NCBI GenBank assembly: GCA_963705725.1
Contig: CAVPKM010000005.1
Coordinates: 1 to 47,320 of the forward strand
Length of the DNA: 47,320 bases
Direction of reading: 5' to 3'
Source: an uncultured Gammaproteobacteria bacterium
Lineage (GTDB): Bacteria; Pseudomonadota; Gammaproteobacteria; UBA6002
Notes under the pieces: model-generated
Told to the model about the DNA's origin: nothing
The model's database searches: none
The model's input: the letters and a program-made list of their open reading frames with translations, nothing else
Part shown: positions 36,587 through 45,669 of the stretch, in pieces
How positions within the stretch are numbered: the first letter of the stretch is position 1
Layout: each line of letters starts with the position of its first letter
Position numbers and translations under genes: made by a program

Positions 36587-37285
36587 TTAGTCCTGCGGCA
36601 AATCATTCCCTGGCAAGCAATCCGGGCAATAGGCATTGTTATAACGACCGTTACAAATGTCATTGCGACTAAAATCTAACCGAATCTCCACTCTTCTGTT
36701 ATCTGTACTCCCAAATACAGATGAATCACTGGCAATTGGATCACAATCAGCCCTGCCACTAACGCGAAGCCTATCCCAGTGTACACCTTGTGCCCATAAG
36801 TTAGCCGCAATTGCTCTTGCCATTTCACGCGAACGTCTTAATTTCTCAAAACGAGGTCCAACATTATCGGTGTGACCCGTAATTACAACAGGGACGCAGG
36901 GAATGCATTTAATTATTTCAGCAATATCCGCCAACGTAGTGAGATGGCATTGGTTAATCGTGACATCTTTACAAAATTCCATAGAATCACGAGTAAAAAT
37001 ACAATCTGACGGTAAAATAAGTCGAAGTCGATCGCCAAGTATGATGACACCAATTCCTCGCTGCCTCAAAGCACTTAATCGTCGATAATTTTCAAGACAA
37101 CCAAAATCACTTCGATAAAATCCAGGGAATCGAACATAAGGACAAGGCTTTGGAAAAATTCCGCAAGGCGCTTGATTACTTGGCTGATCAATATACTCAA
37201 CTTTTTGACAGTGAGTACGGCACATCAAGCTACAGCCTTGCAATAACAAAACAATGCTAAAAAGAACCAAATTCCATGACTTCAT
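36587..37285 (-). CDS. Cys-rich OmpA-domain lipoprotein (IcmN/DotK- or CmpA-like)
   Basis: Lipobox LQGC; GIGVIILGDRLRLILPSD, ITGHTDNVG and NRRVEI. Confidence 0.8.
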   Translation of the reverse strand: MKSWNLVLFSIVLLLQGCSLMCRTHCQKVEYIDQPSNQAPCGIFPKPCPYVRFPGFYRSDFGCLENYRRLSALRQRGIGVIILGDRLRLILPSDCIFTRDSMEFCKDVTINQCHLTTLADIAEIIKCIPCVPVVITGHTDNVGPRFEKLRRSREMARAIAANLWAQGVHWDRLRVSGRADCDPIASDSSVFGSTDNRRVEIRLDFSRNDICNGRYNNAYCPDCLPGNDLPQD

Positions 37286-37287
37286 TA

Positions 37288-37965
37288 TTACCCTCTGTAA
37301 AGCTCTATGGCTTTATGGACACTTGAAAATTGCCGAATCCACGGCTTGAGGTTTTTAATCGCAACAGGAAGCCCATCAATGGCTTTGAGTGCCTCAGTAT
37401 GATTTTTATAATTACCTGAAATCAGCACATACCAATCTTTATTTAGGTAATAAGTGTGGAAAATTCTTGCGTCTTGCAGGTGATTATCGCTAATGAAATG
37501 AGTCAGTTCCTTTGCTTCTCTCACCCCCATTAATTGCAAGGTGAAATTTTGGGAGGGCACTTTTAACAAGTCCTTCTCATCATTTGTCAATGGCTGTTCT
37601 GCAAGCGGTTTATTATTGCTTACATACGCTTCCAATTGTTCAAATGTTTTCGATTCTTGTAATGAAAGTGCAACAGGTTCTTTGATATTACTTATTGAAG
37701 ATAAAGTCGGGACCTGTTTATTGATACTAAAGGATGGTTTGTCCGCTTTTAAATGTTCAAATTTAGTTTTTACTACTTGTAAGGCATAGTTTTGCTCAAG
37801 AACTAAACGTTGCATTTTTAAGACTTGATACTTATCTTGCAACGAAAAATATTTTCTTTCTAAATTAATACACTGTAAAGGGGCGAGCACTAACCAAAGC
37901 TGATAGACTAAAAAAACAGTGCTTATCAAAATTAATAAAATTAAAAAAGTCCGTTTTATTGCCAT
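37288..37965 (-). CDS. SPOR-domain membrane protein (DamX-like)
   Basis: N-terminal TM; FTLQLMG, WYVLISGNY....A..A...LP and PWIR. Confidence 0.82.
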   Translation of the reverse strand: MAIKRTFLILLILISTVFLVYQLWLVLAPLQCINLERKYFSLQDKYQVLKMQRLVLEQNYALQVVKTKFEHLKADKPSFSINKQVPTLSSISNIKEPVALSLQESKTFEQLEAYVSNNKPLAEQPLTNDEKDLLKVPSQNFTLQLMGVREAKELTHFISDNHLQDARIFHTYYLNKDWYVLISGNYKNHTEALKAIDGLPVAIKNLKPWIRQFSSVHKAIELYRG

Positions 37966-38077
37966 TTAATAATTAGTCTCCCCAGTTGGCGCTGTATCGC
38001 AATTCCCTATAAAATAACTTAGAATCAAATCTTGGGCAATTTTTGTTTACTCTTATGCTCATCGTTAAGGAATCTGG

Positions 38078-38869
38078 TTGTTAAAGAAACTCCTCATCTT
38101 TTCTCTTTTTGCGGTTGCGCTGATAGCAGAAGCAAAGCCTTTGCTAGACATTAGCCACGAAACTGCTTTAAGAATTGGAATCAAAATTTGGCATAATGAA
38201 TGCAACGGTAAAATTTCAGGTTTAACTAGCTGGAATGTAGGCGAAAACTTCGCCTCTTTGGGAATCGGTCATTTTAATTGGTACCCCACTAATCGTTCTG
38301 ATTCCAGTCACGATGGCTTTCCGCAGTTAATCAAATATATGGAAAAAAATGGAATTACTGTTCCTACTTGGCTACAAGGCGAATCTGTTCCTCCTTGTCC
38401 ATGGCAAACGCGTGAAGCTTTTATCAAGGCTCAAGATTCAAAAAAAATGAAGGAACTCAGGCAGTTCTTAGTAGCGACAATTCCACTTCAAGCTCAATTC
38501 ATGGCGTATCGATTGGTCAGTGCCCTACCAAAACTCATTACTGCCGCCCCTTACCCAGACCGAGAATATATTTTTACGCAGTTCAATAGAATTGCAAGCT
38601 CGCCTCAAGGCGTTTATGCGCTCGTTGACTATGTTAATTTCAAGGGAGAAGGCTCTGCTACGAGCAAAACTGGTTCAAATTGGGGATTGCTGCAAGTCGT
38701 TGAAGGAATGAGTCATGCTCCTCCTGAGTTGAGTGCATTGCAGTCTTTCGTCTGGTCAGCGAATGCAGCGCTTACTGAGAGAGCACGTAAAGCTCCGCCC
38801 GCTAGTCATGAACCGCAATGGCTGCCAGGCTGGAGAAAACGTCTCTCTACTTACTTGTTAGCTGCTTGA
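38078..38869 (+). CDS. Exported conserved hypothetical protein
   Basis: Signal peptide (AEA|K); KIWHNEC, WNVGENFASLGIGHF, YALVDYVNFKGEG and WLPGWRKR. Confidence 0.8.
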   Translation: MLKKLLIFSLFAVALIAEAKPLLDISHETALRIGIKIWHNECNGKISGLTSWNVGENFASLGIGHFNWYPTNRSDSSHDGFPQLIKYMEKNGITVPTWLQGESVPPCPWQTREAFIKAQDSKKMKELRQFLVATIPLQAQFMAYRLVSALPKLITAAPYPDREYIFTQFNRIASSPQGVYALVDYVNFKGEGSATSKTGSNWGLLQVVEGMSHAPPELSALQSFVWSANAALTERARKAPPASHEPQWLPGWRKRLSTYLLAA

Positions 38870-38881
38870 CCCAATATGCCT

Positions 38882-39736
38882 CTATGGCCAGTTGCCCATT
38901 TGCAAAACATTACCTGATCGCACATTGTGACGAAGCAACTCTGCGGGTTTCGTATAATAATAAATATTGCTTGTACCATTTGCAAAAGCCCGCAAACTGC
39001 CATAGGTGCGAACCGTTACTAAGGTGTCATCTGCCGCCTCAACGAGCGCATCTTCTGAAGTCATGAAACGCGTATCAACGGTTGCTTGTTGAAATGCTCT
39101 GATTAAAAGCAGATGCACAGCTCCTGATAATCGAATCACACTGCGACGGGTTGCAAGGACATGCAAATGTTCACTATTCACACCCTTAAAACAAAGCACG
39201 CCATTGCCGCTATTTTCAATTCGAAAAATTCTCAAAGGGCCGTGAAGACAAATTGAACCATTCCCGCAATTAGTGATAGCTAAGCCACATGCGGTATTCA
39301 GTCCATAACCGGTCACGATACTGTCACCTTGTACTGCTAAGTGATTAAATCGACTGATATAAAGTTTCAAACAAGGCCTGACATTTTGATCAGAATTGAT
39401 AGATCTTTCATAGCTTATATAAATTCCTCTTTGGCAAACCTTCACTGAAAGTCCTGGATAGAATTTTTTTAATTTAATTCGATTCTCTGAGGAGCCAATC
39501 AGTTGGATATTGATGCCACCACGAATAAAAACGGAATTAATTTCAGGTAGTTTGCGCGAAAGGCTAATGTTTGCGGGTGCTGAACGAGAAAACCCTCGCG
39601 AACTATAATGAGCTTTTGGTGATTGACAATGTCTTATTCGATCACCAAAGCTAACTTCTCGATGTAGTTGAATCGGTTGACTATAAGCCATTTCAGTCAT
39701 AATCAAGAGCAGTATGCAAATAATTTTTGACAGCAT
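38882..39736 (-). CDS. Exported GIN-domain (DUF2807-like) beta-solenoid protein
   Basis: Signal peptide; repeated G-S/N-G-x-I turns; LRAFANGTSNIYY..KP C-terminus. Confidence 0.7.
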   Translation of the reverse strand: MLSKIICILLLIMTEMAYSQPIQLHREVSFGDRIRHCQSPKAHYSSRGFSRSAPANISLSRKLPEINSVFIRGGINIQLIGSSENRIKLKKFYPGLSVKVCQRGIYISYERSINSDQNVRPCLKLYISRFNHLAVQGDSIVTGYGLNTACGLAITNCGNGSICLHGPLRIFRIENSGNGVLCFKGVNSEHLHVLATRRSVIRLSGAVHLLLIRAFQQATVDTRFMTSEDALVEAADDTLVTVRTYGSLRAFANGTSNIYYYTKPAELLRHNVRSGNVLQMGNWP

Positions 39737-39752
39737 GTCATCTTCCTTAGGT

Positions 39753-40733
39753 TTACGAAGGGTATATTACTTGAGAAATCCGGCTTTCACTGGCATTAAA
39801 TGTTTGAGGCATTCTAATTAATGGTCGTTTTACTGCTTCAGCAAGGAGTTTCTTGATTAGCTCCGTTTTTTCTTGAATAGGCAAGTTCGAAGGGCAAGGC
39901 CAATAAAGGCTTAACATCAGGCTTATACGGAAATCTTTTGGTTCGGGCAAATCACCCGTGATATATTGCGAACGAAGACTCAACTCCATTTGAGGACAAG
40001 TATGAACAGGAATTTGCCACCTCAGCTCGCTAGCATAACGATTAAAAAAAGGGCTTGATGTTACTGCAAGCTGGCAAGCTAAACATAATGGCAAGGCTTG
40101 TTCTAACGCTAAACTATATCCTAAATTTTTTTTCGGTGAACGTAAATGATCCTGATAGTTAAGCGTTTCATAGAGCAAGTCGACAGAGATATGGGTTGGA
40201 GAACAAGGTTCAAGCACAACGCCAACACTCCCTCCTGCGCCCTCCGCCCCCTTTATTAATCGATGGACTATTTGCTGCGAATTTTGTTGTCCTATAGCAA
40301 CAGGCGGAAGCTCAGTGTTATTTGAATTAACCGAAAAAGCGGAAAAAGCAACTTGTTTTAGCCAAGGAGCAGGATAGAGAAAGCGATATCCCATGCCAAA
40401 TGCATACTGGTTATCCCATACCAGATGAGAACCAGTTAAGTAAGAAAATTCATTACGATTGGCAAGATAATCCACTGTCAATTGAAGTTCTTGATTTAAA
40501 TTAATACGCTTAACTAAATTACTATTTAGTCTAAATTCAAATTTTCCAAAATCCACTTCAAAGCCAAGCGCGCTCGTCCTGTTAAGTAAATTCGCATAGC
40601 ACGCATTGGTAACAAGCTGGTACTTTGTGCTGTTCTCAAAGCCAATTGCAAAAAATGGCAAGCTTGGGCTTGCCTCAACATAAGAGCTGGCTGCGATAAG
40701 TAAGATAAATATCCGTAAAATCTGAAATACCAA
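39753..40733 (-). CDS. Putative outer-membrane beta-barrel protein (inverse-autotransporter beta-domain-like)
   Basis: TTG start gives signal MVFQILRIFILLIAASSYVEA; alternating amphipathic strands; the track start at 40841 runs through a repeat. Confidence 0.55.
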   Translation of the reverse strand: MVFQILRIFILLIAASSYVEASPSLPFFAIGFENSTKYQLVTNACYANLLNRTSALGFEVDFGKFEFRLNSNLVKRINLNQELQLTVDYLANRNEFSYLTGSHLVWDNQYAFGMGYRFLYPAPWLKQVAFSAFSVNSNNTELPPVAIGQQNSQQIVHRLIKGAEGAGGSVGVVLEPCSPTHISVDLLYETLNYQDHLRSPKKNLGYSLALEQALPLCLACQLAVTSSPFFNRYASELRWQIPVHTCPQMELSLRSQYITGDLPEPKDFRISLMLSLYWPCPSNLPIQEKTELIKKLLAEAVKRPLIRMPQTFNASESRISQVIYPS

Positions 40734-40766
40734 GCGTCCATCTTCTATATAAAATAAGGATTTAGC

Positions 40767-40827
40767 GTATCTGCTCACATCTAAAATAATTTGTTGGCTA
40801 AGACGTCCGCTTCTAGGGGGCGAGCAG
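40767..40827. mobile_element. 61-bp dispersed hairpin element (family A, copy 2) with degenerate 12-bp flanking direct repeat (TAAGGATTTAGC / TGACGATTCAGC)
   Basis: 4 substitutions plus 1 indel versus 3358-3417; flanks 9/12 identical. Confidence 0.65.
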
Positions 40828-40910
40828 TGACGATTCAGCAATAATTTAGAGAGTATATATCCTAACCAATCTCAAGTGACAGGGTTTTCAAGTTTTCTCC
40901 TTTTCTTCTC

Positions 40911-42425
40911 TTACCTCCCTTGCAATGATTTATCAAAAATTCGATAAGAAAGCGCTTCTTTTAAATGGTCTATGGTTATTTTCTGAGTTTGTTCAAGGTC
41001 GGCAATGGTGCGCGCAACTCTTAATATGCGATGGTAAACCCTAGCAGATAAATTTTTTTGATTACTGTACTTTTCCAAAAAAGCAATTTCTTTGCCACTG
41101 AGGTTACAAGCAGTTAAAAGCTCACCGGACGCTAGGTAGGCATTAGATTTTTGATTTCTTTTAATTTGTTGCTCTCTTGCAAGCAAAACCCGCTTCGCAA
41201 CTTCACTACTACTTTCAGCTAAAATTTCCGTACTGGTTAGCAAGGAAGTCGCTAAGGGCTGAAGCTCTGCCTGGAGGTCGATGCGATCGAGTATGGGGCC
41301 AGAAATACGAGATTGATAGCGCTTAATTTGATCAGGCAAGCAAGAGCAATCCCCTCTAAAGTTACCATAAAAGCCACAAGGACAAGGATTCATTGCCGCA
41401 ATGAGTTGAAATTTGGCAGGATATTCGATTTGTATCGCAGCTCTTGAAAGACAAACCCTCCCTGCCTCGAGTGGTTCTCTTAGCACTTCTAATGCTTGCC
41501 GTTTAAATTCTGGAAATTCATCAAGAAATAGCACTCCGTGATGAGCAAGTGAAATTTCGCCCGGTTTAGGAGGGTTACCACCACCGATCAAAGCAAAACT
41601 AGAAGCGCTATGATGTGGCGCACGAAAAGGCCTTTGCCGCCAGGTTGCCGCTTGCAGTTTCATTCCCGCCACTGACTGTATGGCAGCAAGCTCCGCCGCC
41701 TCGGCTTCTGCTAATGGAGGTAAAATGCCCGGTAAGCAATGGCTCAGTAAAGTCTTTCCTACCCCAGGAGGACCAATCATTAAAATACTATGTTGCCCAG
41801 CTGCTGCAATTTCAAGTGCTCTTCTTGCTTGGTGCTGACCCTTCACATCTTTCAAATCTGGATATGGTAAGGCCGCGAGGGAGGTGAATTTTGCAACATG
41901 TTGTTTTAAGGGTGTTTTTTTTAAAAAATGGCTACATACTTCAAGAAGATGCTTTGCAGGAAATAAAGAAATCTCTTCTATCCGCTCTGCTTCTAGCGCA
42001 TTTTCAAAAGGCAGGATTAAACTTCTTCCTGATTTTTTAGCGCCTAGCGCGATGGGAAGAATACCTGTTATCGATCGCAGCTCACCAGACAAAGCCAGCT
42101 CACCTGCAAATTCATAAGCATCAAGCTCTAGGCAAGGTATTTGCTTAGAGGCAACCAGAATCCCAAGCGCAATAGGTAGGTCATACCTGCCTCCTTGCTT
42201 GGGTAAATCTGCAGGTGCAAGATTCACCGTAATTCGTTTCATTGGAAATTCAAAATGCGAAGTAATAATTGCACTACGAACACGATCTTTACTTTCTTTA
42301 ACAACAGTTTCAGGCAATCCAACGATATGCAGCGCAGGTAGACCGCTAGAAATATGCGTTTCTACTGTGACGCTTGGAGCATCAATTCCCAGATTAGCAC
42401 GGCTGTGGATGATAGCGAGATTCAT
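40911..42425 (-). CDS. comM: ComM/YifB Mg-chelatase-like AAA ATPase
   Basis: IVGLPET.VKES.DRV, NLAPADLPK, GPPGVGKT, PFRAPHHS, LFLDEFPEF and NPCPCG. Confidence 0.96.
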   Translation of the reverse strand: MNLAIIHSRANLGIDAPSVTVETHISSGLPALHIVGLPETVVKESKDRVRSAIITSHFEFPMKRITVNLAPADLPKQGGRYDLPIALGILVASKQIPCLELDAYEFAGELALSGELRSITGILPIALGAKKSGRSLILPFENALEAERIEEISLFPAKHLLEVCSHFLKKTPLKQHVAKFTSLAALPYPDLKDVKGQHQARRALEIAAAGQHSILMIGPPGVGKTLLSHCLPGILPPLAEAEAAELAAIQSVAGMKLQAATWRQRPFRAPHHSASSFALIGGGNPPKPGEISLAHHGVLFLDEFPEFKRQALEVLREPLEAGRVCLSRAAIQIEYPAKFQLIAAMNPCPCGFYGNFRGDCSCLPDQIKRYQSRISGPILDRIDLQAELQPLATSLLTSTEILAESSSEVAKRVLLAREQQIKRNQKSNAYLASGELLTACNLSGKEIAFLEKYSNQKNLSARVYHRILRVARTIADLEQTQKITIDHLKEALSYRIFDKSLQGR

Positions 42426-42568
42426 ATTTTTTCATTTTAATTTTTTTTTAAACGATAAAATATTTCGTGCTAATGGACAATTACGTGAATATTACGGTGT
42501 TGAAAATTCTACTCTAATGGAGTGCTGCTTGCTGGCGCTTTAGTAAATTCTATAAATTTCATTTCATT

Positions 42569-42615
42569 AATCTACTGGGCTATATATAAATCTGTTATAT
42601 ATAGCCCAGTAGATT
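42569..42615. repeat. Perfect 21-bp-arm palindrome (5-nt loop) just downstream of the ATPase gene
   Basis: AATCTACTGGGCTATATATAA-ATCTG-TTATATATAGCCCAGTAGATT. Confidence 0.9.
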
Positions 42616-42629
42616 TTATTTCGATTAGC

Positions 42630-44084
42630 CTATAAAAACAAATCTTCTAAAGTTGCTATTGCACTTATGCAATCAGCATATTTAGACTTTGCAATCCCAT
42701 TAGCTGAAATAAATGCAATAAATATTTGCTCTGATGTTTTTGAAACTTTTCTATAAACATCTACTTTGTTCATCAAATTACTGTAATATGGCTTATCAAT
42801 TTTAAATGGCTTATCAGTAAATTTTATTTCGCAGATAGTTACCGCATCATCGCTTCTTTCAAATAAAAGATCAATTTGTGCGCCTTTTTCTTTACTGCTA
42901 TCTTTAGGGTTAAAACGCCAGGTTCCTACCTGCGATCCAGAGGGTATTTTAAGAGATTTTTGAATTTGATTGATGTGTTTATAGCATACTGATTCAAATG
43001 AGTATCCAAGCCATGCATAATACTGGGATGTATTTGAATGATGTAACCAATAATCATTGCCTGATTGATTGGAAAGCATATGTTTTTGTGGTTCAATCCA
43101 TTTCAAATAAAAATATACATATTCATCAATTATACGATAATAAACTCCTTGGCGTTGATGTTTTAACGGTAAGAAAGACTTTATAAAACCAGCTTGTTCC
43201 AAATCGTTTAGCCGATCTGTAAGTGTACCGCCTTTTTTGGTTAATTTACTCTTTCCCTCGACATATGACCTTGTAACGCCTTCCCTCAAAGTTGAAACAA
43301 TTCTTATGAGCTCAATGTATACTTTTGCATCTTCAAATAACGATTTAAACAATTTTTCAAACTCAGAAAACAAGATACCATTTTCCCTAAAACACAGATG
43401 TTCAATATTTTGTGCAGTGGACAATCCTTTCTTCACTTTATCAAGATAATGTGGTACTCCACCAATAGCCATGTACAACTGTAATATTTGCTTATCACCA
43501 ATTTTGATACCTCTGTTTATTACAAATTCTTTCGTTTCATGCAGTGAAAATGGTTTTATTAATAAACACCTAGTGTATCGATTATGGAGGCCACCTTTAT
43601 TATAAATAATGTTTTTTATTATCCATGACGCACTAGATCCACAAACAACAAGTTTTAGTCTTTTGTTTTTTGACCAACAATGATTCCAATAGTAGTCTAA
43701 TGCCTGTAATATCCTTGATCGCCTTGTAGCCATCCAGGGCAACTCATCTATAAATATAACGATTTTTTTAGTGCCAGATAAATTATTAATTGCGCTGTTT
43801 AACTCTTCAAAAGCTTCCATCCATGTAGGAGAGGTTTTGATGCTTGCCCCATTATAAAATGCTTTTCCTATAACTTTTGCAAATTCTGCGAGTTGCTCTT
43901 TTAACAAGCCGTCTTGAACACCAGTAACATGAAAGAATATACATTTTTTGGGACGAAAGAATTGTTCAATTAAGAATGTTTTCCCTATTCTTCTGCGGCC
44001 ATATACAACAGCAAACTCCGCTTTCTTAGAGCCAAAAAGGTCAGTTAGTTCTCGTTGTTCCTCTTTTCTTCCAATAATCTTCAT
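42630..44084 (-). CDS. Archaeal-type AAA ATPase + winged helix + PD-(D/E)XK (DUF234-like) nuclease
   Basis: IIGRKEE, Walker A YGRRRIGKT, Walker B IFIDELPW, CGSS, GGVPHYL, wHTH-like LNDLEQAGFI, FESVC and QIDLL...ICEIKF. Confidence 0.88.
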   Translation of the reverse strand: MKIIGRKEEQRELTDLFGSKKAEFAVVYGRRRIGKTFLIEQFFRPKKCIFFHVTGVQDGLLKEQLAEFAKVIGKAFYNGASIKTSPTWMEAFEELNSAINNLSGTKKIVIFIDELPWMATRRSRILQALDYYWNHCWSKNKRLKLVVCGSSASWIIKNIIYNKGGLHNRYTRCLLIKPFSLHETKEFVINRGIKIGDKQILQLYMAIGGVPHYLDKVKKGLSTAQNIEHLCFRENGILFSEFEKLFKSLFEDAKVYIELIRIVSTLREGVTRSYVEGKSKLTKKGGTLTDRLNDLEQAGFIKSFLPLKHQRQGVYYRIIDEYVYFYLKWIEPQKHMLSNQSGNDYWLHHSNTSQYYAWLGYSFESVCYKHINQIQKSLKIPSGSQVGTWRFNPKDSSKEKGAQIDLLFERSDDAVTICEIKFTDKPFKIDKPYYSNLMNKVDVYRKVSKTSEQIFIAFISANGIAKSKYADCISAIATLEDLFL

Positions 44085-44094
44085 AGATTGATCC

Positions 44095-44145
44095 TTAATT
44101 TACTGGGCTACTTATAATTATATTATATCCAGCCCAGTAAATTAA
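44095..44145. repeat. Palindrome with 15-bp outer arms and TATAA/TTATA inner arms, overlapping the RBS/promoter of the ATPase gene
   Basis: TTAATTTACTGGGCT-act-TATAA-ttata-TTATA-tcc-AGCCCAGTAAATTAA. Confidence 0.88.
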
Positions 44146-44332
44146 AGAGCCTTCGTCAAGTTTTTCAGAAGGCCTCCTTACAGCCTCTGCTTTTCCAGAT
44201 TAATTAATCTCTTTCAAAGGATGACTATCATGCTTTCCATTAAAAAAAATCTTCTAATATTTTACATTCTTATATTTTATCGGTAAAAACCATGTTGCAA
44301 TGCGGTTAAAGCAGCAATGTATGCGAATAAAT

Positions 44333-45508
44333 CTACTTTATTAAGGCAATGGCATGTTCTTTTAAACTAGTTTGAATAGCAGCTAGGTTGTCTTCAGGTA
44401 AGTTTGAAAAAAAGCTTTGAGAAGCACTACTTAAAGAAGGCATCGCCTTAGGATGGAGGGTTAAATTTAAATGCTCCTGAATGATGGGCGTCATTTTAGA
44501 TTCATCCTGCTCTTTTTTTCTCCTCATTTTTATACTCGTATTTCCCTTTTCTTCATCCCGTCTTTTTGCAAAATCCAGAAGTGTTATATTTCTTATTGAA
44601 TAAAAAGGATCCGCATTCTGTGTTAATAGATAGGCGACAATGTTGCTTCGTTTATTATAAATAGCAGCAGACAGTGGGGTTGCAGAATCGAATGAATACG
44701 CTTCTGAATAACCTTCGAGATGATTGGTTGCCGCATGGTAGTCTTCAATTAATGACTTAACGAGTACTAATGCCTTTTTAGAATCAAAGCACTGTTTTAT
44801 TATCTCAGTTAAGAGATTCGGTAAATCATACCCTGATTGATGCAAAAATTTAAATTTATGGCGGAATTCATGTAACAAGGGGCAATGTTCAGCTAATTGA
44901 AGCGATGCTTTTAAAGCAGGCTCTAAATCTTCAAACGCAGTATTTGATAGACTTGCTTCTTGGAGAATGGCTTTCGTCTCTCTACCCAAAATCACGGATA
45001 TATTTTTCTTTCCACCAGGGCAGCTTATCATTTCAAAAGCAAATCGATTATTTTCTAGCAAAGTAAAATGACCAAAATGCAAATCTTCAGAAGGAGCCAC
45101 CACTTGAACTTCTGGCATATTTAATGTCAATTTGGCAAAAGCAAATTGCATATTATCGAGTTGCGCCAAACTTCCAGTGGAGCAAGAATCTAAAAATAGA
45201 GTTGCATCTTCAGTTAAAATTGAGGGTAAGCAGGCAAAAATTTCCTTGCAATTGTTCGTGGTTAACTGAAGGTTTTCAGTTGCCGTCATCGATTGCGGAC
45301 TACCATGCATCCTTAGCCAAAAAAACCCTACGCTGTTTTTAGGAAGATTCTCTAATTGTGAAAACGGTTCATTTATTTCCATGTTGAGCTTCAAAACGGT
45401 ATAACCCGCCTGCTCTAAGTCATGAACATTTTTCTGATAAAACCCATAAGTAGAACGGAATTGATTTACTCGATGGGTAGTTTGTAAAATCACAGCGTAT
45501 CTTGGCAT
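44333..45508 (-). CDS. Effector-like protein: N-terminal His-Gly/Ser-Cys (clan CD-like) domain plus ankyrin repeat
   Basis: FWLRMHGS...LFLDSCSTG; ATPLSAAIYNKRSNIVAYLLTQNADP then TLLDFA; ATG 45508. Confidence 0.7.
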   Translation of the reverse strand: MPRYAVILQTTHRVNQFRSTYGFYQKNVHDLEQAGYTVLKLNMEINEPFSQLENLPKNSVGFFWLRMHGSPQSMTATENLQLTTNNCKEIFACLPSILTEDATLFLDSCSTGSLAQLDNMQFAFAKLTLNMPEVQVVAPSEDLHFGHFTLLENNRFAFEMISCPGGKKNISVILGRETKAILQEASLSNTAFEDLEPALKASLQLAEHCPLLHEFRHKFKFLHQSGYDLPNLLTEIIKQCFDSKKALVLVKSLIEDYHAATNHLEGYSEAYSFDSATPLSAAIYNKRSNIVAYLLTQNADPFYSIRNITLLDFAKRRDEEKGNTSIKMRRKKEQDESKMTPIIQEHLNLTLHPKAMPSLSSASQSFFSNLPEDNLAAIQTSLKEHAIALIK

Positions 45509-45669
45509 AACAGTCTCAATAAATAACAATAAATGTCATTATTTTGCCATATTTAATCTATTTTGTAAATATTTGATTAATTTTTCATATATCTATGATG
45601 CTGTTGAACTATCACATGATAAACAGCCAAAAGAAAAAAACAAAGCGGGACAAAATTAAAGCAACAAAC

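Noticed and set aside
42199-42543. 114-aa plus-strand ORF and the many other short ORFs antisense to or nested in known genes
   Set aside because: Shadow frames of well-supported genes, with no motifs
42569-42615. Palindrome as a true dif site or a simple rho-independent terminator
   Set aside because: 5-nt centre and no TTATGTTAAAT XerD arm. A terminator role is possible but would not explain the homologous copy at the 5' end of the gene.
44147-44210. Small hairpin GAGCCTTC...GAAGGCCTC and palindrome AGATTAATTAATCT
   Set aside because: Short, single-copy and compatible with chance or a weak terminator
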